From assembly GCA_000708835.1 (NCBI GenBank), contig DF237119.1:1-64000 (forward strand): 64,000 bases of DNA. The letters run 5' to 3'. Shown piece after piece: positions 33,761 to 46,300 of this stretch (positions are counted from its first letter, which is position 1; the number at the start of each line of letters is the position of its first letter). Both the position numbers and the translations under genes were made by a program. This DNA comes from Klebsormidium nitens (lineage: Eukaryota > Plantae > Klebsormidiophyceae). The notes beneath the pieces are model-generated. The model saw nothing but the letters and a program-made list of their open reading frames with translations. It searched no databases and was not told the origin of the DNA.

Positions 33761-36700
33761 TTACGGGATGTACTTCTCCTCTCTCATCCTGTCAAAAAGC
33801 CTCGGGAATGACTTCTCGGTGTTCCGGAAACCGAGGAATCCGTGCTCCTTGCTCTGCGAGCGGAACAAGGTTGATCAGATCAACAAGTTGAGCCGCACTT
33901 CGTAGAGCTAATAGAAGGAAAAGACCCCGGCCAGCACCGGCCAGCATGGTCACGACAATTTGGTCAGATGGGTCGCTTAGCTTTTTTTTTCTGTCAACGA
34001 GAAGGAAAGAAAATAAGACAGAAACGAGATCGAGAGCAGATGGCAGACTTTTTGAGGAGGAAAGAATGGATCAGAAAAGGAGAGGATCAGCAGACGGCAG
34101 ACTGGACAAGACGGAGTTAAATTCGTTTGTGAGCCGCAAAACCGAGCAAGGACACAGAACGAGAACCGCCACAGACACCAACGGAGAAGAAGGGGAAAAC
34201 GTGCACCGGTCCCGAGAAGTAGAATGCGCGCGGGCGTGCACCTTGTGCATGTCGTTGACGGTCTCGACGGGGCAAGGGGGCGACCGAGCGTGGCACTTGG
34301 ATTTTTTGTTAAAAGCACGACGAAGAAAAGAATCACGAAGGGAGAAGCTCTGGCTCACAGCAAAAGAGAGCGCGCGCACTCGTGCACTTTGTTCATGTTG
34401 TAGAAACCTTTCAAAGAAAAATCGACCAAGAAAAGAAACAAGAGGAGAGCTCTGGCTCTTTAGAAAAGAGCGCGCGTGCAATCGCTTGTTTGTGTCGTTG
34501 ACGGTCTCGATGGGGCGGCCTCGCGTGGCGGTAAGAAACTCCTTTAAGAAAGACGGCAATGGAGGGAACCCAAAAAGCCTCAACAAAAGACCGCGCGCAC
34601 CTTGTTCATATCGTTGACGGTCTCGATTGGGCGGCCGAGCGTGGCGGTGAGGAACCACCAGGGCGCCAGCTCCTCGACGGGCACCTTCTTCAGATTGTGC
34701 TTCGCCACGATCTCCTCCCAGATAGGGCCCGCGTCCTTCATGTAGTCCGCCATGTCCGTCGGGTGACCGGGGTATTCCGCCGGCTGTTAAGAGGGTGGTT
34801 ATAGCTGTTAGGAAGAGGGGTTATGAACTTGTTTGTTAGGATCTCAAGTACGTTGTTAGATCAACAGGGAGGATGTATGGTGGAGCGATGGGGTAAGGAT
34901 ACAGACTCGTGCTTCGGTGGTCGGTCGGGTGGCCCTGGTACTTAGCCGTCTTCAATTATTTTCGTCAGAGAAATAAGAAGAAGTGTAAGCAGGGTTGAGC
35001 AACGGGGTTAGGGGAACTGATTCGTTGGTTTCCTGTGTCCGCTGGGTGACCTGGGCACTTCGACGCCTCCTCGAAAGCCGGCGAGGGAATGGTCAATCAG
35101 TGTTGAGCAGGGTACACGTCCGGGCTTGATGAAGGGGCTTTGTTCATGCTCTCGCCTTCCTTTGTGCTAAATACTCGTTCAAGCACTAAGAAGGTCAGCA
35201 CTGCCGTATCCACAGCAATCGCCATTCCTCTCCGGCACACCGCACGTCACTATCATGCGGTTACTTCTTTGCGGTATCCGACGTTGTCCTTCGACCCTTC
35301 TTTCAGCAACTTTGCTCCATTTTATGCGCCTCTTGCGGATTGGTGTTTGCCCTTCAACCCCTTCTCTCAAAAACTTTGCTTCACACTATGCCTCTCTTCT
35401 TGCAGAATGGTCCAAAACTTGGAGGCCTAGCCTAGCCTGAAGTGTCGCCACCCCCGGTGACTCTAATCAGTCCAGGCAGTGACACTTTCTCCGGGCCAAC
35501 GTGACGTCAGCTTTTCAATGAGCACGTACCTCAATGTCGAAGTACTGGGCGATGCGGCGCCACATCCGCTTGTACCGGAACACGTCGCCGTTGACCACGT
35601 TGTAGATCTCGTACTTGGCGCGGGGCTCGGTCGCCTGAGAATAACTTTTGGAATGTCAGACCCTTCGCTTGTCTCGTGGAGACGGAATCCCAAGGGGGCG
35701 CGTCTTTCCATTTGATTTCGGATCTGAGTTCATCGAGCGAGTGTGTGATCTTTCTATCGTGTGTTGTAAATTGTGATTTTGAAAAGTGTCTAGAGTGGTA
35801 TAACCTGTCCCTAATCATTCCATTTTGCGGTGTCGGAGTTGAAGAATCAGACCTGGCGTAGCACGCTCTCAAAGGGCGATACCGGATAAGTGTTTGCGTC
35901 AGAACCTGCCATCGAGTGTCTAGATGCTTGGAGCATGGTTCTTGACTTGCATGGAGCCCAGGGATTGGCATCCGACGGCTCAAACTGCGGACCGCATTTG
36001 AAAATCAAGATTTGAGTAGCAGCTTTCACGCTCAGAGTCGTGACATACGAAGGAGCGGCTTGGGCCCCATTCGTAGCTTGCAATCAGTACAATCGGGTCT
36101 GAGTCACCGAGCAGAGTTCGCGGTTCGTACCTCCCAGAGGTGGTGCTCGGCGATCAGCTCCGAGTCGCTCGAGTCGGTGAGGCCGTCCCACAGTTGCTTG
36201 CTCCCGGGGAAGATGAATGGCCGCCCCGTGTGCTTGCAGATAACGGCGTACACAGCGAAGCCCTGGCCCAGATTCATTACGTTGCCCGGGGCGAACCTGC
36301 CGGGGGTTAAAGCGAGGGTTAAGCGAGGGTTAAGGATGCAGGGTTTCAAGATTGCTTCCAGGGAAGATGAACGGGCGCCCCGTATGCTTGCAGATGACCG
36401 CGTACACAGCGAAGCCTTGGCCTAGGTTCATGACGTTGCCCGGAGCAAATCTGCCGGGGGTTAAAGCGAGGGTTAAGCGAGAGTTAAGGATGCAGGGTTC
36501 AAAAATGCTCCCGGGAAGATGAACGGGCGCCCGGTGTGCTTGCAGATGACCGCGTACACAGCGAAGCCCTGGCCTAGGTTCATTACGTTACCCGGGGCGA
36601 ACCTGCCGGGGGATAAGGCGAGGGTTAAGCGAGAGTCTAGGATGCAGGGTTCAAAGATTGCTCCCCGGGAAAATAAATGGGCGCCCCGTGTGCTTGCTAA

Positions 36701-39700
36701 TGACCGCGTACACCGCGAAATCCTGACCTAGGTTCATCACGTTGTCGGGGGCGAACCTGCCGGGGATCAAAAGCAAGATTTAAAGTGATGCAAGACTTAA
36801 AAGTACAACGGGATTCGACAGTTTCAAGAATCTGGAAGATGCAATTCCGATTACGAGTCCAAAAGCCGTGAGAGCGTCAAAATTACCTCGTTCTCCCATT
36901 GCAGCGGGTTTCCATCAGAAAGTCGAGGGATCCGGAACGGGAACCAACCTTGAAGCATGACGTCAGAAAACATAGCAGCCGGTTCGACCTCTGGCGACAA
37001 GTTCGGTATGGCAGATTTGAAGCCTTGCAGAAGCTGAACGCCAGCAACGTGGCTGGCCATCAAAAGTTGAATTACGTCCGAGCAAGTCAACCCCCCCGGC
37101 TTATATAAACGCTGACCGCCCGCACACATATGATCAACGTCGTCTGCTTTGAATTGTACGGTAGAATCGTTTACGTGAATATCGGGGAGTTGAAGCCTTA
37201 GGAGTACAAACTTCCAGAGCTTTAGGGTGTCCACGCTTCCCCTCACCCAATGATGTCAAGCGGGCGCGAGACGCTCCAGCTGAAGCCGTGCTTGCCCGCG
37301 TACTCGAAGGTGACGTCCTCCAGGTTGTAGTAAAAGTTTTTGACGGGCAGCCGCGGCATGTCCTCCTTGAACGGCGTCTCGATGGGCAGCTTGCCCAGCT
37401 GGTCGAACGGGCCCAAATAGTGCTTCGTGCCCGTCTGCAGGTTCAGGTGGCGCAGCTTCTGGGCGGGGACCAGGGCATCTGGAAACGGGAATCAGGCCTT
37501 AGAGGAGAACTTTTTTCGATTACGTCCGTTTTGGCAACAGCGTAAGGATAGCTCTGCTTATCTTTACTTTGACGAGCTTGTGGAACGATTGTTTCTGCTT
37601 TGCTTCGCGACTTGCCAGCTGTCGAAGGGACCCAGACAGCGCTTGAGGACTGCCTGCGGGCTCAGGTGGCGAGCTTTTGGGCGGGGACCAGGGCATCTGG
37701 AAGACGGGAACGGAAAACAATTGATCTTCTGCACGAACAGTTCGCGCTCTCGTACCCAGGATCCTCAAAGTGCGGGTCTCGGCACGCCAAGGTTTGCTAT
37801 ATCCATCTTCAGCGGACCGGGTACTAATAGTGCTTGGTGCCCGCCGCAGGTTCAGGCGCTGGAGCTTTTAGCTGGGAACCAGGGCTTTTGAAAGACGGGA
37901 ATGGAACGTCTGGTGTTTATTGTTCCACGCTCTCGTTTGCAGGAAGCTTGAAGTGCGTGTCTCGTTTGGCTATAAACGACTGCTTCTTCCGTCGAATCGA
38001 AGGGGCGCAGATAGTTCTTGATGCCCGTCTACAGGATTGGGTACTATAGCTTCTTCTTAGGGACAAGGCAGCTGGAGGCAAGTGCGAACCTATTTGCGAT
38101 ACTCATTCGAACTTCAACGTAAGCCGGACGAATCTACATTGAGTTGGTTGTCTCCTCGAATCTGAGGTGACCGATCTGATCTTCTATGTCAAAGTTGCTG
38201 GCAGTCGAGCTGAACCGGCGCTTATCCAGCTTTTTTTAAGGACTTTTCAACGTGAGAAGGGTCATTTGTCCTTGACTTCTCGGCCTTATGACTGCAAATT
38301 AGCTCGACAAAAGTCTCACATCTCTTTGACAGGCCCATCAATAATGCAAGGCAGACTTATAAACCAGGTCAAAGTAACCCTTCCGAAAATGCGCCTCACC
38401 AAGCAGGTTCTTGAGCATGGCCGTGTTGTCCTCGATGTTCTTGTCCTCGGACTCGCGCATCACCCACGTGACATAGAACACGTTGGTGACTTCGTCAGCA
38501 ATCGGGCTCAGCTTGGACTTTGTCTGCTCGCGGTCTAAGAGGTCCGTTTGGATGTACTTGACCCCTTTCGGCATGTTGTCCTTGGGCCTGCATTTGGCAA
38601 GCAAGATGCATTCAAGGGGCAGGGGGGAAGAAATCAATAACGAAGAGAAAAGGAGGGTAGTGGTTGGGCTTCGTATATGAGCTCCACAAAGGAAGCAGAC
38701 AATGAGCAGTTGCAACGCGAAAGATTAATGGTACAAATCAAGGCTACTTTGGAGAACACCAGAAGCAGGTTGTTCTTGCGTTCGTGGAGCACATTCGATG
38801 CCCCTATGAACGATACAGGGGAACCAACGTCGCAATTCGAAGTACAAAGCTCTATCTAATAAAAGAAAAAGTGCACTCTTGACGGTCTGATCAGCGATGA
38901 AACAATGATGACATGTGTGCGACACGCTGAAACGGAGACACTCTGCTATAAGGGGGCAACGCACCTCCTGGAGATGCCATACACTTTCCACCCGCCAGTA
39001 TCCAGCAGAAGCTCGGCGAGTGCATGGCCGACAATTCCTGCATGTAGAGAGCAGAGTCAAGAAGAGCACTTCACAGAAGATCCTGAGAGTCCATCTTCGA
39101 TCTATACCTTTTGCTGTTCAAGCTTGCAGTTAGGAGGGTCTCAAGTTGAAGCCAGCAAAGGGAGGATTCCGAAAGCTATTGAAAGTTTAAATGTGTCTGA
39201 AGGTACAACAGCAGCTGCTCTGAGAGATGGGGCTTCAACGGAAAGGAAGGCGCAGAGAAAGAGAGGGGAACTCTCAGACACAACGTGATGTATGTTAGCG
39301 TGCAATGGCCCCAGAACAACCCAAGCTTACTGTGCCAGCTTTCAGCGAAAATATTGCATCATCATGAATGCACATGCACGAACATGCAACTTCATTGACT
39401 TCCCAGTGCAAAGCAAATCAAGTCTGGCCAAGATTTGGTATTTCATGCACGGCGCACTCTCGTTAGTCATGCAGAAAACGTCCTGGGAAATCTTAAGGCA
39501 CCAATTGAGCTTGGGGGCTTGTGATAATAGGGATGGCCCCAAAGCTTGGCCATCGAGAAGTGGCCCAGCAGAGTCTACTAAAGCAGAACAGAACATTGGG
39601 AGCAGCTCTTGGGTCTGGGGAAAAAGTCAGAGTGATCTCTCTGAATCACTCCCCACATAAAATGCAGAGCCTTAGTAGCTCAATTTAGAAGTTGAAGAGC

Positions 39701-39977
39701 AGGTGGGCGAGTGCTGAGGTGGTGGCAAATCTTATTTCTCCAGGAGTTGATTAGCGGGGGTTTACGGCAGCTAGGCATGATCTAATGATCCAAGCAGATA
39801 GCAAAGACATAGACAGCACTTCCACCTTTGCATGTTGGTCAGCGAGTCAATCTGATGATTATCTTCAACCACTTGCAAATGCATCTGCATGTCCAGAAAA
39901 AAAACAAACTGGAACAAGCGCTTGCCTGTGACGCCAGCGATGAGCGCCACCTTTTGACTCGTCGCCCCAATGTCCAT
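33761..39977 (-). CDS. VEP1: VEP1 / PRISE (progesterone 5-beta-reductase/iridoid synthase-like) SDR, 8 exons (39977-39926, 39037-38965, 38587-38400, 37478-37247, 36296-36131, 35634-35530, 34783-34601, 33853-33761)
   Basis: VALIAGVTGIVGHAL, VTNVFYVTW, LQTGTKHYLGPF, NFYYNLED, WSVSRP, FPGS, NGDVFRYK, C-terminal SKEHGFLGFRNT. All phases chain; intron 1 has a GC donor. Confidence 0.93.
36190..36775 (-). repeat. Four ~153-bp tandem units = acceptor + first ~100 nt of VEP1 exon 5
   Basis: ccccggcag|(G/A)TT(C/T)GC… starts at 36296 (intact), 36450, 36602 and 36756. Confidence 0.92.
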
Positions 39978-40600
39978 CGTGCGCAGTGCAGACTCAACCA
40001 CTTCAGCCATGAAGAGAGGAAAAGGCTCGGCTCCGTAGGCGTTGTTGCAATGCCGCCTGTTTGATTCAATGGTGATCAACTCGTCTGATTGCTCGATTAG
40101 TAACTTATAAGCAAGACGCCCGCGCGCGCCTACGCGCCGCGCTTCAACATTCACGAGGTTTAGCAAGGGCTTGAACGTAAACAGGCTTCGGGACTGGCCA
40201 AAAATCACGTATTTGCTCCCGTAAAAGAGACGTCGAAACCAGCTTTACCTAAATCACCCGCGTTGCTTTCGATTTCGAAGCAGGAAAAGTCGCTTCAACC
40301 ATTTCCGAGCCGCCCTGCTCCTTCCCTTTTCCTGCTATCTAGCTTTCGAAACACGCAGGTGAGAATGGCGCCCTTCGTCGTCGGTGTACCTCCATGGTCT
40401 TTGACTGAGCTGTTCCAAGCCCTGAGCAGGTTTAGCCACCTTTTGCCAAGAGAACTTGCTTCTACTGGGAGAAAGGGGGGGGGAAAAGCACTGGGCTATG
40501 ACTTGGGCCAGCTTGTCAAGCGCTGATTTGTACTTTATGATTTGCAGGTGAATCAAGGACGTCTTGACAAGGAGGCAGTTGATTCTCACTGCTAAGGACC

Positions 40601-42325
40601 ATGTCGGACGGGTGAGTCAAGCCTAGGGTTTGAACAGGCAGTGGTAATGATCGTTGAGTGGATCATCTGATTGTTGACGCTCGTCTTCAGGGTTGTACGC
40701 TGGTTGTGACCGTCGTGCTTGTACCGTATTTGAAACACAGGTTAAAGCACATGAATGGATAAAGGGGTTCCTGCTCTTGTGCACGGCGAAATGCATAGAG
40801 TGGTCTGGCACCCATTGCTGGCGGCTGTGGTAATGGTTGGCACTTTATGTGGCGCCACTGAAGTTGGCAACTGTATCTTGCATCTAGGGCACAGTCATAG
40901 GGTTTCCACTTTCGGAACCAGATGGCCAGAGCGCTTGAATATATGCGCTGTGCCTTACGGAAAGCCGCATTTGACACCAAGTCAGAAAGATTGAAGGCAG
41001 ACAGTAGGCAGCGCCTCTTAGCCACTTGAGTACAGAAGAAGAAAACCGAAAAGAAGAGGCGCGCCAACACCTTTTTAAACAAGCCTGGCGATGGCAGCGC
41101 ATTCACTCTGACTCTCCCTCAAACAAACCTTGAAAATGCAACCGCTCGCTCTTCAGAGAGGAACCTGCCACTGATGTGTTGGAGGAGACTCCCGCCGCGG
41201 CGGCGGCCCCGGGGGAGCCCATGGACATCATGAGCGCCCTCCAGATGGTGCTCAAGAAGTCCCTGGCCCACGACGGCCTGGCCCGCGGCCTGCACGAGGC
41301 GGCCAAGGCGATTGAGAAGGGCTCCGCTCAGCTCTGTGTCCTGGCCCAGGTCAGAGCTGCTCTTTCGTCTGTAATTGTTGTCCGTCGTTGTGAAGAAGTG
41401 TTTGTTTTGTTGAGGGTGTCGTAGGGTGGCGTCCTGGCGCCCGGTGGTGTTGGCGGTGCTTCCGAATGTTCAGATTGCTTGGCTGGATTCATTCGGCAGT
41501 CCGTGCATCCGTGTTCGAAGTAGCACGAGGTGGATTGCTAACAGGAAGTGGGATGTTTCATGTGAAGCTGCTAGACAATCAGGGTGCTTCTTTGGGACTG
41601 ATGTTTTTTGGAGACAGTCACAAAGGGGACTCCCTTGTTCCTGCAGAGTCCATTCTTTGTAGATATGGGGACCAAAACCTGTGGGTGCATCTAACGTTCA
41701 GCGGTTGTGTGGAATATGGGGCGTGTTTCGGGGCGCACTACATTTGTTTAGAATCTTGCGTTCGAGCAGAGCTCAAGATGGACCTTTTGATTTTGACTTG
41801 GAGTCTTAGATCTTCTTGCCGCGCTCCTCCTGGAGGATTGTCATTAGTGCTCTTCTCTTGTTTTGCTCCTGGTTCATCCTTGTCAGTAGCACCGACCATT
41901 TTGACGGTTGCCACTTTGCACTTGTCCAGGAACACTTAACAACCCAGCTTCGAACATCTACAAAAGTTCACCACTATATCTACATCAACTCTTGGGGTTT
42001 CGTCTTTGCATCTTTTCGCACCTATGCAAGTTGATCCTGCCACATGCCACCTCAAGCAAGTCCCTAAGTCTGAGACCTTTTTGCTTTACAGGACTGTGAC
42101 CAACCCGACTACAAGAAGCTGGTGGAGGCGCTGTGCCACGAGCACAACGTGAACCTGCTGGCTGTGCCCAAGGCCAAGGAGCTAGGCGAGTGGGCGGGGC
42201 TCTGCAAGATCGACTCGGAGGGCAAGGCCCGCAAGGTCGTTGGCTGCTCCTGCGTCGTCATCAAGGATTACGGCGAGGAGACCGAGGGGCTCAACGTGCT
42301 CCAGGAGTATGTCAAGAACTTGTAG
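40601..42325 (+). CDS. RPS12: 40S ribosomal protein S12 (eS12), 3 coding exons (40601-40611, 41157-41349, 42092-42325) plus a probable 5'UTR intron (about 40359-40547)
   Basis: MSDGEE…[28 protein letters not shown]…LCVLAQ|[15 protein letters not shown]…[31 protein letters not shown]. Junctions are in phase. Confidence 0.97.
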
Positions 42326-43363
42326 AGAGGGGTGGACGTGTCGGCAGGGGACTTGAGAGCATTGCGTTGCGGCTTGGAGGGACCTCGTCCGATTGTTGAT
42401 GCTCAATTTCGCTGTGTTCTGGATCCGGTTGTCCCGACTCATCTCTGCAACTTGCGTTGAGTCGCAATCAAGCGTCTGTCAAACAGCGGTGCAGTGCATG
42501 GTGCGGATGCACAAAGCTATCGTATAGGCCATGACACTTGCACATTGAGATTTGCCTCATCCCACACTCATGGTCGCCCACAAATTGTAATATTAATTCA
42601 ATCTTTTAGATTAAGATTAGACAGCTTGAACCGCTCAAATACAGGTGTTCTTTGTGCAATGATGTTTTTCTATACCGCAGTGACCTCCGAACGTCTGTGC
42701 ATGTGACACATGATTCATGGCAGGCAGCGGGCTTCCGTGTACTCGAGTGAGACGGTTGCATCTGCAGCCAGTTGTGTCCATGCGAAGGCCCACAGGCAAT
42801 GTTGTATCCGGTACAAGAAATCTGTCCATCGCTACGATGATAATCTAAGTTTTGACCAAGTAAGTTGTTCCAATTGAGTCCAGTTCGACACAGTATATGT
42901 CTGCTGCAAGTGGGCCATGGCCAGATCGAAGATCTGGCGCGCGCGTGAGTCTGATGATCTTCAACTCTGAAAAGGGCGGATTGTGTGGAAGCCGAAGCAA
43001 GTGTCACAGTGCAGCTCAGATAATGACAAGCATGAGATGGCAGATCAGTGGAATGTACAAACGTGTCAAGTATGCACAGCCGATAGATAATGCGCACGAG
43101 TAATGCTTGGTCTTCGATAACCACAAGAACCAATGTTCTTTGCCCTTCAAAATGCCTTTTCCAGAATTATGGCGGAAAGAGCTGCAAGATCGATAACCCG
43201 CCAGATTTTATCGCGTGCATAAATACACTTAAGCACTGGTTAGCATTGACTTGTTCAGTCATCTGTGGCAATATTAGTGAAGGGCGTTGCACAATTAGAG
43301 CGGCATCAACCCTCTTATCTTGATTTCGAAACCAGGAATCTGCTGCTTTGAAAACCCGTCGGC

Positions 43364-46300
43364 TCAACTTGGTCGTTGTGATTGAGGGAAACCTTGTCGA
43401 AGAGGCGTTGCCATGACGGGCACACTTCTCCCAGCTTCTCGCTCCCTCCCTAGTTGGATGAGGTGTGCTCGTAGACTGCGTTCTTCAACCTGCACAATCA
43501 GCCAACTTGAGGAAACCAAGCCGCAAAAAAACACCGCTCAAAGAGGGCAGTTTCGGATCCGTAACACTCCAGGTAGCTACCCGCATGCGGACCGTACGAC
43601 AACAATTCCTAAGGGACTGACGACGAAAAGGCTTAGAGCATCACACGAAGTTGGTTTCCTTGCTACAAGCATTGCAAGCTCAAGACGCTGCCACAACTCA
43701 CAGGCTATCGCACGTCAAAGCAGCGCTTCGTATCCTCCCAGCATCTCTATCTCAGACAACAGTGTCTCGCCTGATCTCGGACAACAATGTCACGACACAT
43801 TCATGGTAAGAATGAGAAAAGAAGCAGTACCTCGAGCGTTGCAGCGCGCGCGAGCAGTTCCTGGCATTCTTTTAGGAGGGCCCGCTCCTGGGCCGCAGTC
43901 TCCGCCAGCTGGCTAAGCAGGGCATCTGCTTTGGCCGCCTGCAAAAAGAGCGATAACCCCGCTTTGTGCAACGAGAACCAGAAATAGAAAAGATTTAAAG
44001 GCTCACCAAGAGACTTGATTGTTAGATGTTTTCGCGAAGAGCATGAAGTTGGCGTCTCAACGGCCGGGCAAGAGCTCCAATTTACGGAACAGAGATTGCT
44101 TTCTGGGATATCCCCACCGTGGGCGTAACAGAATTGCATGCAGTCCTGGAGTCGTCGATTTACTTTAAAAAGCAAACGGAATAACAGCAGTCTTGTCTTT
44201 GTCTAGCTCCCAAAGCGTGCAGTCGACCTTCCTTGAGTGCCTAGGTCCTTGGTCAAGTGAAAGAGTCCCTACTTGGTTGACCGAGAGAGCCACTCCCTTT
44301 CCGACCGTCCTTCTTTTCTGGCTTGACTTCCGACGTGGCACCTGATGATGTTGAATACCGACAGTATCTGTGACCAACCTAGCAAGCGATTCCCGTCGCA
44401 CCAACTCGAAAGCATACGATCCGAAGGGAGAAACTGGCTTTTTCATGTAGACGGTTCTACGGATTTTTGCCGCCCACCTTCGGAAGGATCTCCTGCACCG
44501 TCGGCTCTGCCGCGCTGACGACCCGCGTGACGTCAGTGAGGGCCGAGCGCAGCCGCTGCGGGTCGACCGAGGCGCCGTTGGTGAGCGGGACCCGCAGCAT
44601 GGCGGCTTCGAGCGCGCCCATGGTCCCGGATAACGCGGATGTGTGCTCCTGCTGCAGAACCGCCCACCGCTCCAACCCGGGGGTCTGCACACAAGGAAAA
44701 GAATTTCCCTTTGAGCCCCGAGGAGTGCCCCCTAAGGAGTGAGATTTGGACCCCCTGGCTCGTTTAGCCCGATCATCGAGACTGGGTCACTCTAAACTTG
44801 GGGGATTGTTTTCGACGGAGACAGAACTGTTCGCAGGGCCCCAGAGAACAGATCCGAATTTCATCTGGGAGATCCTTAGCCCCATAGAAAAACAGAGACA
44901 GGTGGTCGTCGAATAGGAAACTTCCATCGCACCCGTCAAGCCAGGTCTTGTCTTCAGAGCTGGACAGCGTCTTGGCTTCTTCTATCGAAAGAGCATTGAA
45001 CGATTTTGCGCCAACAGAACCTCGGTTCGAGCCGCCGAACCTCCTCTCACGACACTCACATGGCGTTCTCCAAAACCCATGAAACGTCATCATTCTCAAT
45101 CGAAGGCGCAATCGGTGCCTACCTGTCCCGCCAGAAGCTGGTCCAGCGCCTGCCCGTGCGTCTCCCGGTGCAGCTGCACCTTCTGAGCGGCGACTGACGT
45201 CCGTAGGGTGGCCGTCGCTTGCCAAGCAGAGAGTAAAGACGCCTGCGAACCGTTGGAAGGATAGTGAGTCGCCAAACCGTCGCAGGCTGAGCTGATTGTG
45301 AACGTGGGAGACAGAACTCGACGGGCGGGACCGCAGGAACTACGAAATGGCTGGGAATCGGCCAACAAAAAGCGGAAGGGCGCTGCGGATGTCGAAACGA
45401 AACGCTCTGGAGGTATCGTCTGTGGTGGGTTAGCGTCGGTTCGGTAGTAACCACGTAAAGGAAGCAGTTCTGCCAAAGCTTGCGACATCCAGGCGCCACA
45501 TTTCTCTTTTCGAGACCGGGTGGCAATGCCGCGACTTTGAGCATCGCGACTTTGTACGAGGCGGCTCCTGACGGCTTGATCATCATCAGGGACAAATGGC
45601 GCTACAACTTGCTCGTACCCACTCGATTCCAACCGAGCAGCTCAGGCACGCGACCCAAAGAAGAGGCACTTTCACGGAGGGTTAACGAGACAGCTCTAAG
45701 AAGTAAAGGGAAAGAAAAGTTGTCACTTACCTCTGCTTTTCTCTGCTGAGCCTCAAGCGCCGCTTGCGCCTTCGCGTTGACAAAGCACCACTGGAGCCAC
45801 CGGTTGTGCAGCACCCGTGCAGCCCGCACCCCATTCGCTGCGCCCGACTTCAGCCCCCCCTTGCTCGGGCTCGTCCCCACCTTTCCACCCCCGTCTTCCT
45901 GCCCGCTCTGTTGCCCCCCTAGAGGGCGTACTCTCCCTCTCGAACTCCCCCGCGGCTTGGCGGAATCCGAGAGCTTTTTTGGACTGGCAGGGGCCGACCC
46001 ACCGCTTTTCCGGCGAGACGCAGATGAAGTGCGCTTCGGCGAGGCCGGAGCTGATACCGTCTCCTGTCGGGAGGGGGTCGCAGCACGCGACTCGGCAGGC
46101 GTAGTTGTTGACGAACCGGCCGCAGACCGAGTTGGTTTGAGGGGTTTGTGAGGGGAGGAGGGTAGCCAGTGACCGGCATCTCCGAAGCTGCTGAAGGGCG
46201 CTCGTTGCCTCGCTGGCGCGCCGTTGCTAACCGGCTTGCTAACCGGCTGGCTAACCGGCTGGCTAACCGGCTGGCTAACCGGCTGGCTAACCGGCTGGTT

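Noticed and set aside
40612-42091. Intron-encoded snoRNAs in RPS12 introns
   Set aside because: No convincing C box (RUGAUGA) plus D box (CUGA) pair with a terminal stem or H/ACA layout could be identified by eye.
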